From: Selaginella moellendorffii
Lineage: Eukaryota; Plantae; Lycopodiophyta
Direction of reading: 5' to 3'
DNA: 64,000 nt
Assembly (NCBI RefSeq): GCF_000143415.4
Contig: NW_003314267.1
Coordinates: 1,686,100 to 1,750,099 of the forward strand
This document shows positions 37,982-49,574 of this stretch, piece by piece. Position numbers and translations under genes: made by a program. The notes below the pieces were generated by a model. The model searched no databases, was not told the DNA's origin, and saw nothing but the letters and a program-made list of their open reading frames with translations. Numbering within the stretch: the first letter of the stretch is position 1; every line of letters starts with the position of its first letter.

Positions 37982-39508
37982 ATGAGCGATGCCGCGATCC
38001 AGCGGCCAGAGCGTGTCAACCTCTTCGCGAGCCAGCTGCGGCGATGTGGATCCATCGCCGAGGCAACGCTACTGCACCAGCAGATCGGCAGCAGCGGGTT
38101 TGGAGTGGATCGCAGCACGTTTCTGGGAAATCTCATCGTCCAGATGTATGGCAGGCTCGGCGATCTCGATCGCGCGCGGGACGCGTTCGATAGCATCCGC
38201 GACAAGAACATCTTCTCCTGGACGCTCCTCTTCACGGCATTCGCCCAGCTGGGGTATCTGGCGGAGGCGCGAGCGATCTTCGATGCAATGCCGGGCAAGG
38301 ACGTGGTGGCCTGGACGGCGATGCTCGCGGCCTATTCCCAGCACGGCTTCGTCGACCTTGCCAAGGATCTCTTCGATAGAATCCCCGGTCGACGAGACAC
38401 TGCTGCCTGGAATGCGATGATCGCGGGCTATGACCAGAATTGCCTCTTTCGCGAGGCGATATCCACCTATCGATCGATGCTTCAGGAGGGATCGAGACCA
38501 AATCAAACAACGATCGTGAGCGTGCTCGATGCGTGCGCTGGAATTGGCGACCTCGATCAGGGCATCGCTGTTCATGCCCTGTGTGTGATCGCGGGCGTGG
38601 ACCGAGAATCCACCGTGGGAGCTGCGCTTGTCAATATGTACGGAAAGTGTGGCCAGTTAGTTCCAGCCAGGGCCATCTTGGACAAAATGTACGAAAAGGA
38701 TCTTCTTGCCTTGACAGCAATGCTCACAGCATATGCCCATTCTGGGCATCCGCACGACGCACTAAAGCTCTTTGTTACGATGGATCTGGAAGGCATCCAG
38801 TCCGATCACGTGGCATTCGTTGGCGCCCTCCACGCGTGCACGAGCATATCAGCTGTTGCGACCGGGAAAATCATCCACGAAGGGCTGAGATTCACCGCTG
38901 CCGCTAATTCCCCCAGCGTTGCCAACTCTCTTGTGGCGTTCTACGGCAAATGCGGGTACCTGGAAGATGCCAGGGGCATATTTGATGGGATATCCCGCAA
39001 AAGCTGTCTGACATGGAATACCATGCTTGGGATATATTCCAATAACGGCTTCTTTCAGCTGACTTTGGAGCTTTACCTCGAGATGTCACTGGATGGAGTT
39101 TTACCCGATGAGATAACTTTTGTGATTTTGCTATCGGCGTGTAGCCACGGAGGGATGATTCGTGATGGATGTTACCACTTTGCGTCGATCAAGCAAGAAT
39201 TCTGTCAAATCCCCGTGAAAGAACACTACATGTGTGTGCTCGATCTCTTGTCTCGCTCGGGGCAGCTCCAAGAGGCAGAAGATTTCTTTCTAGGCAGCGA
39301 CATTGAGGTGGTGAGATCGTCATATCTGATGGATACGAAGAAGACGGCCTTGTGCTGGACAACTTTGCTTAGTGCTTCCAAAGTTCACGGGGATTCCGAG
39401 CGAGGAAAGAGAGCTGGGCACAATGCAGTGCTACTGGATAGATTTGCAAGCTGTGATGCTTCTGGGGTTTATATGCTACTCTCGGATATATATAATGCCA
39501 GAAATTGA
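37982..39508 (+). CDS. PLS-class PPR protein with E domain and no DYW, 508 aa; likely organellar RNA-editing factor
   Basis: Intronless ORF with repeated PLS motifs (LVNMYGKCG, WNAMIAGY, PDEITFVILLSACSHGG, EHYMCVLDLLSRSGQL) and an E domain (WTTLLSASKVHGD...YMLLSDIY). Confidence 0.92.
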   Translation: MSDAAIQRPERVNLFASQLRRCGSIAEATLLHQQIGSSGFGVDRSTFLGNLIVQMYGRLGDLDRARDAFDSIRDKNIFSWTLLFTAFAQLGYLAEARAIFDAMPGKDVVAWTAMLAAYSQHGFVDLAKDLFDRIPGRRDTAAWNAMIAGYDQNCLFREAISTYRSMLQEGSRPNQTTIVSVLDACAGIGDLDQGIAVHALCVIAGVDRESTVGAALVNMYGKCGQLVPARAILDKMYEKDLLALTAMLTAYAHSGHPHDALKLFVTMDLEGIQSDHVAFVGALHACTSISAVATGKIIHEGLRFTAAANSPSVANSLVAFYGKCGYLEDARGIFDGISRKSCLTWNTMLGIYSNNGFFQLTLELYLEMSLDGVLPDEITFVILLSACSHGGMIRDGCYHFASIKQEFCQIPVKEHYMCVLDLLSRSGQLQEAEDFFLGSDIEVVRSSYLMDTKKTALCWTTLLSASKVHGDSERGKRAGHNAVLLDRFASCDASGVYMLLSDIYNARN

Positions 39509-39960
39509 TTGATCAAAGTTTCTCTCAGTTCCCTGATTGCCTTGGAAGCCATCAAGTTTCTCCACCATGGACACGACCCATGGGCACTCTTGAAAAAGAG
39601 GCTGCTGTCATCCTTGGCCAGGGTAGCAGAATCTAGTTAACATCTCCATAGAAGTATGAAATAATTCACATATACAATCACATAAGCACCTCCCAAGTGG
39701 GTTTATAGAGCATCTATTGTGCAAAAGCAGGACTCCATCCTGTGTTTCTAAAGCAAATGGTCATTAGTTTTGCATTTGGTGTTATCCAATAAACTATAAT
39801 AAAAGAGTAATTTCTATTTATTAATCCAATTAATCAAATGGAAGTTTATATTTGTGTGTCTTCTCAAGTTTAAAATGTAAATATAATGACAATTAAAAAA
39901 ATTTTTAAAAAAATATATTTTCTAATTATAATAAATTTATATGAAAAATACGAAAAGCAT

Positions 39961-40125
39961 ATGAGGGTGAAGGTAAGTCACAAAGGTAGATTATTGATTT
40001 GAAAGTTTTATCAACTATGTGAAAGATGTAAAGTATTTCTTGTATGAGTGAGAGATTTTATATCATATCTATGTTTTGTTTAAAAAAATAATGTTTTCTT
40101 TCTTTAATCAACTTAGTATAATCTT
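39961..40125 (+). pseudogene. Heavily AT-shifted remnant of Crinkler exon 5 and 3' flank
   Basis: Aligns to ~2913-3120, mostly with C>T and G>A changes. Confidence 0.7.
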
Positions 40126-41155
40126 AAGAAGAAAGCTCAATAATAAATCTAAGTACTTTTTGAAGAAAAATAATAATTTAGACCTTTAATATATTTTTAA
40201 TTATCAATAAAATAATAAATTATACATTTAATTATTTAGTTCTAAATGAGTTTACTTATTTTTTATCTACATATTATAATACCACAAATAGAAAGCATAT
40301 AAAACAAATATATAAATAACTTCAATCATTTTTTTATCTTAATTATTAAAAAGCACCAGAAGATCAATATCTAACTTTAAAAAACAATATTTTAAAATAT
40401 TTTAATAGGATTTATACTTTATGTAATATTTCTTTTAGTTAAACATAATATAAAACTAAATCTAACGAGGTTATATATTTACAAATTGAATATTATTAAT
40501 GTTTTAATATTTTTTCCATCCAAGTTTAATACTTTAAAATTATTTTTCCCCATAAAATTTTGGGATTTTAAATTTTTTAAATGACTCTTTGATGCTTTTT
40601 TTTTTTGTTTTGTTTGCATTTACAAGCACTATATATACCTTTTATATGTCAAATTTGCAAATTTATTTTATTAGTGTTAACAAGGTAAATCTCCTAAGTT
40701 TTTTTTCTTTGTCTTTTTCATTTCTTATTTATGAAGTGTTTCCTTAATCTAGATTGCAAACACAATACCATTATCAAGTGTTGTATGATTATATAATTCT
40801 GATTGTAAACCTTTATTGAAATTTAATTTTGTATAATTTTGAGTAGAGAAATACTTGGCTTTATACACATGTAAGGAACTGCATTGCAATCACCTTCAAT
40901 CATCTCATTATAAACAAATGATACAAAAGAACTTCTATATGTTTAAAGAACACTTCATGATGCTATTAAACCTTCTTTATATGAGGAAAATTTTGGTAAA
41001 TCTAAAACAAGAAGGCAATTTAAATTTCATTGAAGCTAAGTGATACTAAAGCTTCAGTTTATTTGCTATCTTGTAGTCATGGGTCACTTTGTGATGGAGC
41101 AAAAATTGGATGGAGTTATTATTTTTAAGTTCAGGCAAAGATTTGTTTATTAAGC

Positions 41156-42274
41156 TTAGAAGTTCCATACAAAGATGAAGTAGAAGAACACCAGTATACA
41201 AAATGCAATTGCCACTATGAGCAAGGACGATTTACTGTGTTCTTTAATCTCAATCATAACGTTTTCCTTAATAATATCTTGTAAAAACTCAACAAAGCTT
41301 ACAGTGGAGGCATTGTCTAATAGGGCTGATGTTAAAATTAAAAGAAACAAGCTTATATATTTAATTACCGAGTGGAGGCAAGCAATGGCCATAAGGATGA
41401 ACTATAATAATTGGTTTTACAAACTTTTTTGCCAGATCTTCTCCACTTGATTTAAATATGGTATCTAGCTCGCCTTAAAATTAAGTGATGGATTAACCAA
41501 GAACAAATGTATATGAATGTAGATTTCTTACCAATCAAATGAAAAGATGGACAATGTATGGGGTGATCATATACTTTACACAGTGGCTGGCATCGAATAA
41601 TTCCTCCAGATATTATAATTACAAATTTTAGCTCGGTCGGAAGGATAGATTTCTGCAACAAAATATTAAAATGATTTCTCCATGATATTCACATACAAAC
41701 CTTGGTTTGTTGCATTCCAGCCAACGCCCCAGCAACAAAACCTCCCTAGACAATTTATAAGAAAACTGTAAGAAATATTTAATATTCTTAACAATAAAAG
41801 AAATTTAGAGCTTGCCAAGGACATTCCCAGTAATCCATCAAAAGGACCGCATTTTTTCATGTATCGAGAGATGCATGAAATGCCTTGTTCGAATGACTTA
41901 TAATCCACAATGGTCATTTCCTGGGATCACACAAAGAAACATTAGAAGGAAAGAGGAAAGCTAAAGGAACAATTTATAAAACACCTTGTTGCCTCTAAAC
42001 CACTCGAGATATGGTGGCGCAAAGTTTCTCTTTTCGCCATCGATCACTGGAAACGGAGCGTCCAAGAAACTCTGGAAAGACGGAGCTTTCAAGAGATTTG
42101 AAGAAAAGTACTATAGAAGAAATGAAACAAAGCAAAAGGAGAGAAAGCTCTTGCCAGATCGAGAAGATTTAGCACCGAATCGTCCCATTTGACAGCGCTC
42201 AATTGAGCTTGGAGCTGGCGAGAATTGTCACCATGGCCGTGGAGGCAAAGCACACGAAGGCGTCGCATCTCCAT
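41156..42274 (-). CDS. FSH1/OVCA2-family serine hydrolase with a hydrophobic C-terminal tail
   Basis: RVLCLHGHG, FLDAPFP, GPFDGLLGMSLGG (across a GC-AG intron), LKFVIIISG, CPSFHLIG, HPYGHCLP. Multi-exon. Confidence 0.85.
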
Positions 42275-42808
42275 GACTTCGTTCCTCTACAAAGCACTAC
42301 AGAGAAAGAACACGCAGCGCTTGCAAGTGTTCTTATTTCAAGCACACATTGTTACAAATGTTGGTGGATCACATGAAAATGTCATGGGCAGGGTATGGGC
42401 ACGATAAGGACCATCTGCCAAGACATTGAAATCTTTTAAAGAACATACAAAGTACGAGTGCTTTTTTGACTACTTGGAACATCCTGATGTTCCTGCATTA
42501 AAACCTCTTTACACGGCAAGCGATTTTGGATTTGATTGTGAAAGCAGCGCATAAATCAGAGAATTGTGCTTTGGTCGGTCCCGGGTTCGAAACGCGTAGG
42601 GCCGTTTTGTCAACACCAAACTTCGTGTGGTGGGCACAAAGCATGGAGCGCATCGCCACTTGTTTCCGAGGGGGCATGCAGCAACAGTCTGAAGCTGCAG
42701 GAAACAGGTGCGGGTGCGGGTGCGGGTGCGGTTGCTGATACAGGTGCAGGTCCAGGTGCAGGTTCAGGAGCGGATGCAGAACCAGAGCACCCGCTACATT
42801 TTCTGAGG

Positions 42809-44572
42809 ATGGACACTATGATGGCCATGTCTGGAGGAACTCTTCCGCAAGAATTTCAGCGGCCATTGGGTCCAAGATCTTCAGTGCTAGGTTGTTCTCA
42901 CAGCAAGGTAACTTTTCTTCCACATTGTTTTCTTTTCTCGATCGCTCCCTACAGGCAAAGATTTTGCAATCTAGCACGTTGCGGACGAGGGTATGTTATC
43001 GGATCCAGATGACGATTGCCACTCAAGATGAAGTTATTCTTTCCAGGCCAAAGATTAGCCCAATTCTGGTAAAAGACATTCGGAAAGGTTTTTAAATTTG
43101 TTTTTCCTTGTCACGTGATTAAATGTGGGATTGCAGGCCTATGATCTGGTGCAAGGCCCTTTGGTAAGCGAGGATAATTTTCGTTCAGTGGTTTTTACAC
43201 GAGAATTTGCTTTCTTTTTCTTTTTTTGTTTTACATCTATCGCATTTCAGGTCCGGTGGAGTGAAGCTAGAGACAAAGCTACACCCGAGCCTCCGACTGC
43301 GGTATTCCTCCATGGAATTCTCGGCTGCAGGAAAAACTGGGGTATAACATTTTATCACCTTTGCGAAACAAAATTTGTAATTTTCCTTTTCAGCCTCCTT
43401 TGCAAGAAGACTGGCCAAAGAATTTCCGGCATGGCAGGTAAAAGAAAAACTAAAATAAAAAATAAAAAACAAGCTTTTCTTTGCCAGTTTTTGCTCGTAG
43501 ATTTACGTTGCCATGGGGATTCATCGCTTATGCCAGGCTCTCACACTGTTTCGTCCTCTGCCCTTGACGTACTTAAGCTTGTAAGTGTCTACTTATGTTC
43601 CTCTTGTTAATGTTCTATGGAGCTTCTCAGAAAACAAAATTTTGTTTGTAACAGCTAGGGAAGTTACGACTGACTCCACGAATCTTGGTAGGACACAGTT
43701 TTGGAGGAAAAGGTTGACACTCTGTCGTTTAAGTTTCAACCAGAATGGTGACACCATTTTCTCCTGTGCAGTTGTTTTGAGCATGATCGATCAAGCTGCC
43801 AAACCTTTGGCTCGTCCAGTCCAAGTAATGTTGTTCTTAGTTTTTTGTTCTTGCTTTTGTTTTAAGTTCTTTCTCCTTTTCCTTTTTCCAGGCATGGATC
43901 CTGGATGCAACACCGGGAGAAGTACGAGCACGCGGAGGTGGTGAAGATCATCCAGCGGAACTCATTGAAGCCTTGCGAAGATTGCCTGCTCAGGTACGCT
44001 TAAAATCAGAGCCACTTACAAGCAAAGTTTACGTTCCAGGTACCTTCGCGACGAGTTGTGTTGAACTCCTTGACAGACTTTGGCTTCTCAGAGGAAATCG
44101 CGAAGGTTAGATAGTACTCAGTCATAAGTTCTAACAATTTCTGAAAGCTTTTTTTGTTTATTTTTAACAGTGGATGACAACAAACCTCAAACCAGCTCGA
44201 GATAGCTCGGATTTATTCTGGACATTCGATTTAAATGGCATTTCCGACATGTACAGATCATACGAAGATACAAACTTGTGGTACGCTTTCACTGCAAAAA
44301 AGCAGCAAATCTATTCACAAACGTATGTTGCAGGAACCTGGTAGACAACGTACCAGAGGGAGTCCATCTCAATTTCTTGCGAGCCGAGCGCAGCTTGCAT
44401 CGCTGGGCTCACGAAGACATCCAAAGAATCGACGACGCCGAGGCTTCCGCTTCAAACGAAGGCGCTGGTGTCGATCTTCACGTTCTTGAAGACTCGGGTC
44501 ACTGGGTAAGTCTGAAAACTTTCACAATCTCCAAACCTTTCACTCGCTCTGTTACATACTCTGACAGGTTCA
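42809..44572 (+). CDS. ABHD11-like alpha/beta hydrolase (3' end runs into the assembly gap)
   Basis: Exons encode AYDLVQG, AVFLHGILGCRKNW, DLRCHGDS, LVGHSFGGK, WILDATPG and HVLEDSGHW. Confidence 0.88.
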
Positions 44573-44672
44573 NNNNNNNNNNNNNNNNNNNNNNNNNNNN
44601 NNNNNNNNNNNNNNNNNNNNNNNNNNNNNNNNNNNNNNNNNNNNNNNNNNNNNNNNNNNNNNNNNNNNNNNN
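44573..44672. other. Assembly gap (100 N)
   Basis: Run of N. Confidence 1.
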
Positions 44673-44746
44673 TCACATTTTTTTGTTACTATCGGGTCGA
44701 TACATACGAACGAGATCATTTTCGGCTTACCAGAGAGGTGGTGATA

Positions 44747-46627
44747 CTAAACGTTGATGCCGAGAATGAATCCATTGCTGTACCAAGGGACGTTGATGGA
44801 CGGCATTTGGTGCCTCACGGGAGAACGAAACGGATTCGGAGTGAGCGGGTAACTGATGTGAAGACCAGCTGCTCGTAGAACCTGCTTTGCGTTGAGGCAG
44901 CACGTCTCCGCATAGTCCGTGAAGAATCCTGGAACTCCCAGCGCCTTGATGACCTCTAGAGCTCCAGTCCAGTTACCATCGCTCTCGAGAGACGAGTTTA
45001 ATCCCACCACCAGGTGTGGCGGCGGCAAGGAATCAGCGTGCTCCTGGTAGAAGCCTTGCACGTAAGTCACTTTGACGCTCTCCTCCAGCACTTCGGTCAT
45101 CCCGGAAAGCGAGCCTGGAACTTCCGGCCCAACCATGATAATGTGAAGGCTGCCGGCTCCACTCAAAAGATGGGAGATCTCTGTAAAAGCCGGCATCCAG
45201 TCGAGCTCGGGCTCCGGACCGATGTAGTGAAGAACAACCTCCTTGTTCTTGGCGAGGAGGTTCTTCGTGAAGGGACTCAAAGCTGTGACGATGTGGTAGA
45301 CCGTGAGTGGATGCGAGAGCAGTGCTGCCACCGGACTCTCGGCAGGAAGGCCTCGCAAGTCGTAGTAGTCGGCCCAGTTTGATAGCACCACCATTCCAGC
45401 CGAGCCGTAATGCTTGACAGGCTCGTCAACCGGGTGTTGCGAATCCTCGAGTCCCCAAGCTCTAGTCTCGCCACCCTCCGGTGGAAGCAAACCAAACGGG
45501 CAGTTCTTGAAGCACCCACACATCCTCCTCCACATCCCCTTGCCGTGAAGTCCCAGAAGCTCGAGCCAGCGGCAGGAGTGATCGATGAAGCACGGGAATG
45601 CAAAGCCTTTGAACTCGAGCTCCTCCTCGAGATCCATCATGGCCTTGTAAACCTCGCAGTTCCCCTTGTGTGATTCCTTCCAGTGCCGCTTCTGGCAGCC
45701 ATGGCTGCAGTAGACCACGGCCTTACAGCGGCTGCACCGAGGAGCCTTCTCGGCCGAGACCTCCTTCTCGCAAACGATGCACTGGCGAGGCAATGCCAGC
45801 AGCACGTCCATCATCTCGGGCGAGAAGTCGCTCACTTCCGCCAGCTTTGGAAGGCTGCCACCTTGCTGATCGTTTTGCTGCTGCTGTTCTTCCTTTGGCG
45901 GAAACGAAACTCTCACGCAAGTGATATCCCACTCCTTTCGATCCTCGGCTGGCCACTGGATATCGATGAACTGCATCACGCTTTCGATACTCCGCTGTGG
46001 CTTCTCCACCACCTGGATCGCCGGGACCATCTGCGCTAGAGCTCTCATGCAAGCGTACAGCCACCTTAGCTCCTCCAGCGATGGATTCCGAAAGCCAAGG
46101 CTTTCTTCTCGGGCACCACCTCCAGCTCGAGAAGAAACCACGTCGATGAGTGGAAACGCTTTCTCGCCAGCGATTTCTAGACCCAGCTGCTTGATGATCT
46201 TCCTGTTGGGCAGAGAGATCTCGGCCTCGGGTCCAAATGTCACTCGCAGGAATCCCCTCTTTGGAATGGACTTTGGATCCGGGAAGCCTCGAATTCCCGC
46301 TATGGCCGCCACCGCATCCTCCTCACTGCGGTAGAGATTGAGGCTTGGATCGCCGAAGCTCGTGAACTGGACGCAGTAGAAGGGCGGGCGAGAATCCGGC
46401 CAGTCGGTGTCCTTGCCGATGCGCAGGCCAAAGATCTCTTGCGCCCTGAGCTTCTTCCAGGGATTACACCTGTGCAGCGCTGCCGCTGCCCGGAACACCG
46501 ATTTGAGGAATGCGGTGCCCAGCCCCTCGATCCTGACCAGGCTGCCGCCATAGCCGCGGCCCAGCCCTGGCCCGACGCCGAAATGCTGCTGGAAGGCGTC
46601 GAAGAGCTCCCGGAGGTGCGCGTCCAT
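44747..46627 (-). CDS. MYND zinc-finger protein with an MSS51/ZMYND15-like C-terminal domain, 626 aa
   Basis: CIVC..CSRCKAVVYCSHGCQKRHWKESHKGNC, followed by WADYYDLRGL, LHYIGPEPEL and NPFRSP. Confidence 0.88.
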   Translation of the reverse strand: MDAHLRELFDAFQQHFGVGPGLGRGYGGSLVRIEGLGTAFLKSVFRAAAALHRCNPWKKLRAQEIFGLRIGKDTDWPDSRPPFYCVQFTSFGDPSLNLYRSEEDAVAAIAGIRGFPDPKSIPKRGFLRVTFGPEAEISLPNRKIIKQLGLEIAGEKAFPLIDVVSSRAGGGAREESLGFRNPSLEELRWLYACMRALAQMVPAIQVVEKPQRSIESVMQFIDIQWPAEDRKEWDITCVRVSFPPKEEQQQQNDQQGGSLPKLAEVSDFSPEMMDVLLALPRQCIVCEKEVSAEKAPRCSRCKAVVYCSHGCQKRHWKESHKGNCEVYKAMMDLEEELEFKGFAFPCFIDHSCRWLELLGLHGKGMWRRMCGCFKNCPFGLLPPEGGETRAWGLEDSQHPVDEPVKHYGSAGMVVLSNWADYYDLRGLPAESPVAALLSHPLTVYHIVTALSPFTKNLLAKNKEVVLHYIGPEPELDWMPAFTEISHLLSGAGSLHIIMVGPEVPGSLSGMTEVLEESVKVTYVQGFYQEHADSLPPPHLVVGLNSSLESDGNWTGALEVIKALGVPGFFTDYAETCCLNAKQVLRAAGLHISYPLTPNPFRSPVRHQMPSINVPWYSNGFILGINV

Positions 46628-47181
46628 GGCCAGATCTCGCCGAGCTCCCTCCAGGAGCCGCGAAATCCCAGATCGCGCCTAGATCGCGCAGAGAACGCAC
46701 CTGATTTCGCGAAATTTGGGCCGATCCGTGGAAATGCTCGCCGGAGGATCAAATGTGGGCTGTGCCCTCGCCCGGATCCAGCGCGACTCGACTGGAAGGA
46801 TATTCCAGAGATCCCATAAAATGGAAAAGATTTTTCTAGTGAAGTAAAAATCGTTCATGTTAATGTTAGGGGGGTGAAACGTTCCGTACTGTCGGTTGTG
46901 AGGGGAGCCTGGGAATCGAGCCCGACATCCCTGCATTATAGACGACCAAACTTAATGAAGAATATGCGAATCGTCTAAGAGATATGAAAGATTATAAGTT
47001 TTTGTCTTTAACCTTGTCTAGAAGATTATTAGTCTTCTCCTGTCTTTAATATATATTTTGGAGCTATGAAAATTCCAAAGATTATAAGCTATCGATCGTT
47101 CGAGTCCGTTGAATTGTCGCATCCCAACTGACTGAGATTCATATGAGAATATCCCAAAAAGAATCACCATCTTCTCGAAAG

Positions 47182-47253
47182 TGAACCCAGCGTGATTCGA
47201 ACACGCAACCTTCTGATCTGGAGTCAGACGCGCTACCGTTGCGCCATGGATCC
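47182..47253 (-). tRNA. trnW-CCA: tRNA-Trp(CCA), copy 1
   Basis: GGATCCATGGCGCAACGGTAGCGCGTCTGACTCCAGATCAGAAGGTTGCGTGTTCGAATCACGCTGGGTTCA, with a T-run terminator downstream. Confidence 0.97.
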
Positions 47254-47438
47254 CTCTCACGTGGAAGAACAGAATATTCTCATGGCAAACAGATTTTTAG
47301 TCTTCTCCTGTCTTTAATATATATTTTGGAGCTATGAAAATTCCAAAGATTATAAGCTATCGATCGTTCGAGTCCGTTGAATTGTCGCATCCCAACTGAC
47401 TGAGATTATCCCAAAAAGAATCGCCATCTTCTCGAAAG

Positions 47439-47510
47439 TGAACCCAGCCTGATTCGAACACGCAACCTTCTGATCTGGAGTCAGACGCGCTACCGTTGCG
47501 CCATGGATCC
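47439..47510 (-). tRNA. trnW-CCA: tRNA-Trp(CCA), copy 2, with a T-stem mismatch
   Basis: Identical to copy 1 except CACGC>CAGGC in the T-stem. Part of a ~260-bp tandem duplication at 47031-47555. Confidence 0.85.
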
Positions 47511-48024
47511 CTCTCACGTGGAAGAACAGAATATTCTCATGGCAAACAGATTTTAGGTCTACCTTAAACTCGATCACCGCCCACAACTGACTTCGAAAGC
47601 GATGCTCCCCAAATGTGTCACATGGATAGACTCATCCTCTACGTATACACTATCCAAATCTCATCAGAATAATTTCTGATCACAAAGCCTCGCAGGCTCG
47701 TCAGATCTTATCCCGTGGATGGATAAGAAAACTATCCATACATAATATTATCTTTCGTGCAAGGTGGAAACTTTGGTTCATGCACACAATCACGAAATTG
47801 AAACTTCCACGTATATATCTTTCGTGGACAAAATGAAAACTCTGGTTCATGCACACAATCACGAAGCTGAAACTTCTAGTGCCATGAACTGGCCTGAAAT
47901 TCCTCAATCCCAATGTAATGTTTCTATCTATTTAAACAATCAAATGGCCTGGTCGTGCCAGTCAAAGAGAAAAAGAAGCCTTTGGTATCGGTATATTCAC
48001 AAAAATATTCGCACACATTCTTTC

Positions 48025-49227
48025 TCAAAGCTCTATTGCGCAAGCCGCTTGCACGACCCCGCGAAACTCGTCGCCGCCATCGCCCAGAACGTCCACCCAG
48101 GTGGTGGCGGAATCTTTGGAATCACTCACGGGATCTCGACGATCCCGACGATCTGGCGGGGCGAATCCGGCGAGCACACCCCTCTCGTCCTGCCCGAGAA
48201 CCACGACACCGCCGCCACTAATGCCCGCGCACGCCGCCACCGCCTTGCCGCAATTAGCCGGCAATTGCCCCACCCTCCTGGAGCAGCGATTCGTCGCGTT
48301 GCGCGGATGATCGCAGCAATCCAGCCTCCAGATCTCGCCGCTGGAGCGCGAGCAGCAGTAGACGATCGAATCGCCGGCGCCCACGAAGAGATTCGTGCCG
48401 TCCCTGTGCGAAACCAAGGAGTCGTCGATGAGGTCCTCGGCGCGCGACCACTTCCCCGTGGCGGGATCCAAGAACTCGGCGCTGCGGCTGAATTCGCCCT
48501 GGGAATCGCTGCCATAGCCGCTGACGACGCCGAATTTGGGACCCAATCGCTGCGATGACCGATCGATCGCGATCCCCCTGCTCTCGTCGCGCTCCTGGGT
48601 CATGTCCGGCATGGCCTCCCAGCGATCCTCGCGGACGAGGTAGCGATCGCAGCTGCGCAGCGCGTTCTTGCTCTCGTCGTGCCCGCCCGCGACGAAGATG
48701 GAGTCGTCGCCCACCGCGCAGCACGCGAAGAAGGATCTGGCGGCGCCGGGCATGTCGGATCCCCTGCTCCAGGCGCCGCGCGAGAAATCAAACACGAAGA
48801 CGCTCCTCATCGCCTGGAAGGAGCTGGGATTCCAGCCCCCGACGATGAAGAGCTTCGATTCCACCGCCGCGATGCCGGAGAAAAGGGGGATCCCGCCATG
48901 ATCGCCGAGCTCCGGGATGGGCGGAATTCTCTCCCAGGATCGCGAGCTTGGGTAGTAGAGACTGAGCCCAAATGGCGGCAGGGCGCCCTTTGGTGGCTGC
49001 TGTTCTTCCGGAGATTTGGGAGATTTATGGGCTTGCGCGACGACGATCGCGGAACGGGTAGTGGCACATTTCTTGCGCAGCGCGTAGAAATCCGGGCTGG
49101 CGATGAGGCTCTCCCACTCGCGGCACACGCGCTGCATTTGGGGATGGCTGGTGTGAGGAACACGAACCAGGCAGTGGAGCGCGACGTCGAAAGGGAGGCC
49201 CGGGATGAGTTCTTGCAAAGGCGCCAT
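48025..49227 (-). CDS. F-box/kelch-repeat protein, 400 aa
   Basis: ELIPGLPFDVALHCLVRVP (F-box) and kelch repeats LFIVGGW, ARSFFAC, IFVAGGHDESKNALRS. Confidence 0.93.
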   Translation of the reverse strand: MAPLQELIPGLPFDVALHCLVRVPHTSHPQMQRVCREWESLIASPDFYALRKKCATTRSAIVVAQAHKSPKSPEEQQPPKGALPPFGLSLYYPSSRSWERIPPIPELGDHGGIPLFSGIAAVESKLFIVGGWNPSSFQAMRSVFVFDFSRGAWSRGSDMPGAARSFFACCAVGDDSIFVAGGHDESKNALRSCDRYLVREDRWEAMPDMTQERDESRGIAIDRSSQRLGPKFGVVSGYGSDSQGEFSRSAEFLDPATGKWSRAEDLIDDSLVSHRDGTNLFVGAGDSIVYCCSRSSGEIWRLDCCDHPRNATNRCSRRVGQLPANCGKAVAACAGISGGGVVVLGQDERGVLAGFAPPDRRDRRDPVSDSKDSATTWVDVLGDGGDEFRGVVQAACAIEL

Positions 49228-49574
49228 TTGGAACTTGACGATCAGATTGCGAGAAATTGATCGAGACCCAGATGAGAACGATCGAATGCTTCGTGCCCAG
49301 TGGATTTCTTATACCTGGCACTGCTCGAATCGGGAGATTACACGAAGCTAGAATGGAAACAAAGCTCTATCCTCTTCCCTGCTGAAGCAACTAGGAAGAA
49401 ATCGCGGTGGGTCGATCGATCCAAGTCAATTGCATCGAATCTCTCACCCAGGAAAGACTGTTCTTCCGCGAGAATGCGACGCTTATAAGCAAAGCGCGAA
49501 CTCGAGTCAAGCACGGCACCGAAAACCCTATTTATGCCTGCCTTTCGCCACCTCACCGCACGGCCGCCCCGCTG

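Noticed and set aside
42643-42790. (GGTGCG/A)n repeat as a Gly-Ala N-terminal extension or Cys-Gly uORF of the ABHD11-like gene
   Set aside because: No in-frame ATG for the extension; cannot be separated from a UTR microsatellite without transcript data.
46895-46950. B-box-like GGGCTCGATTCCC on the minus strand
   Set aside because: No D-arm or acceptor stem can be built.
45014-49260. Many long antisense or alternate-frame ORFs over the MYND and F-box genes (similarly over the kinase, PPR and LRR genes)
   Set aside because: Shadow ORFs of GC-rich coding sequence, with no domain signatures.
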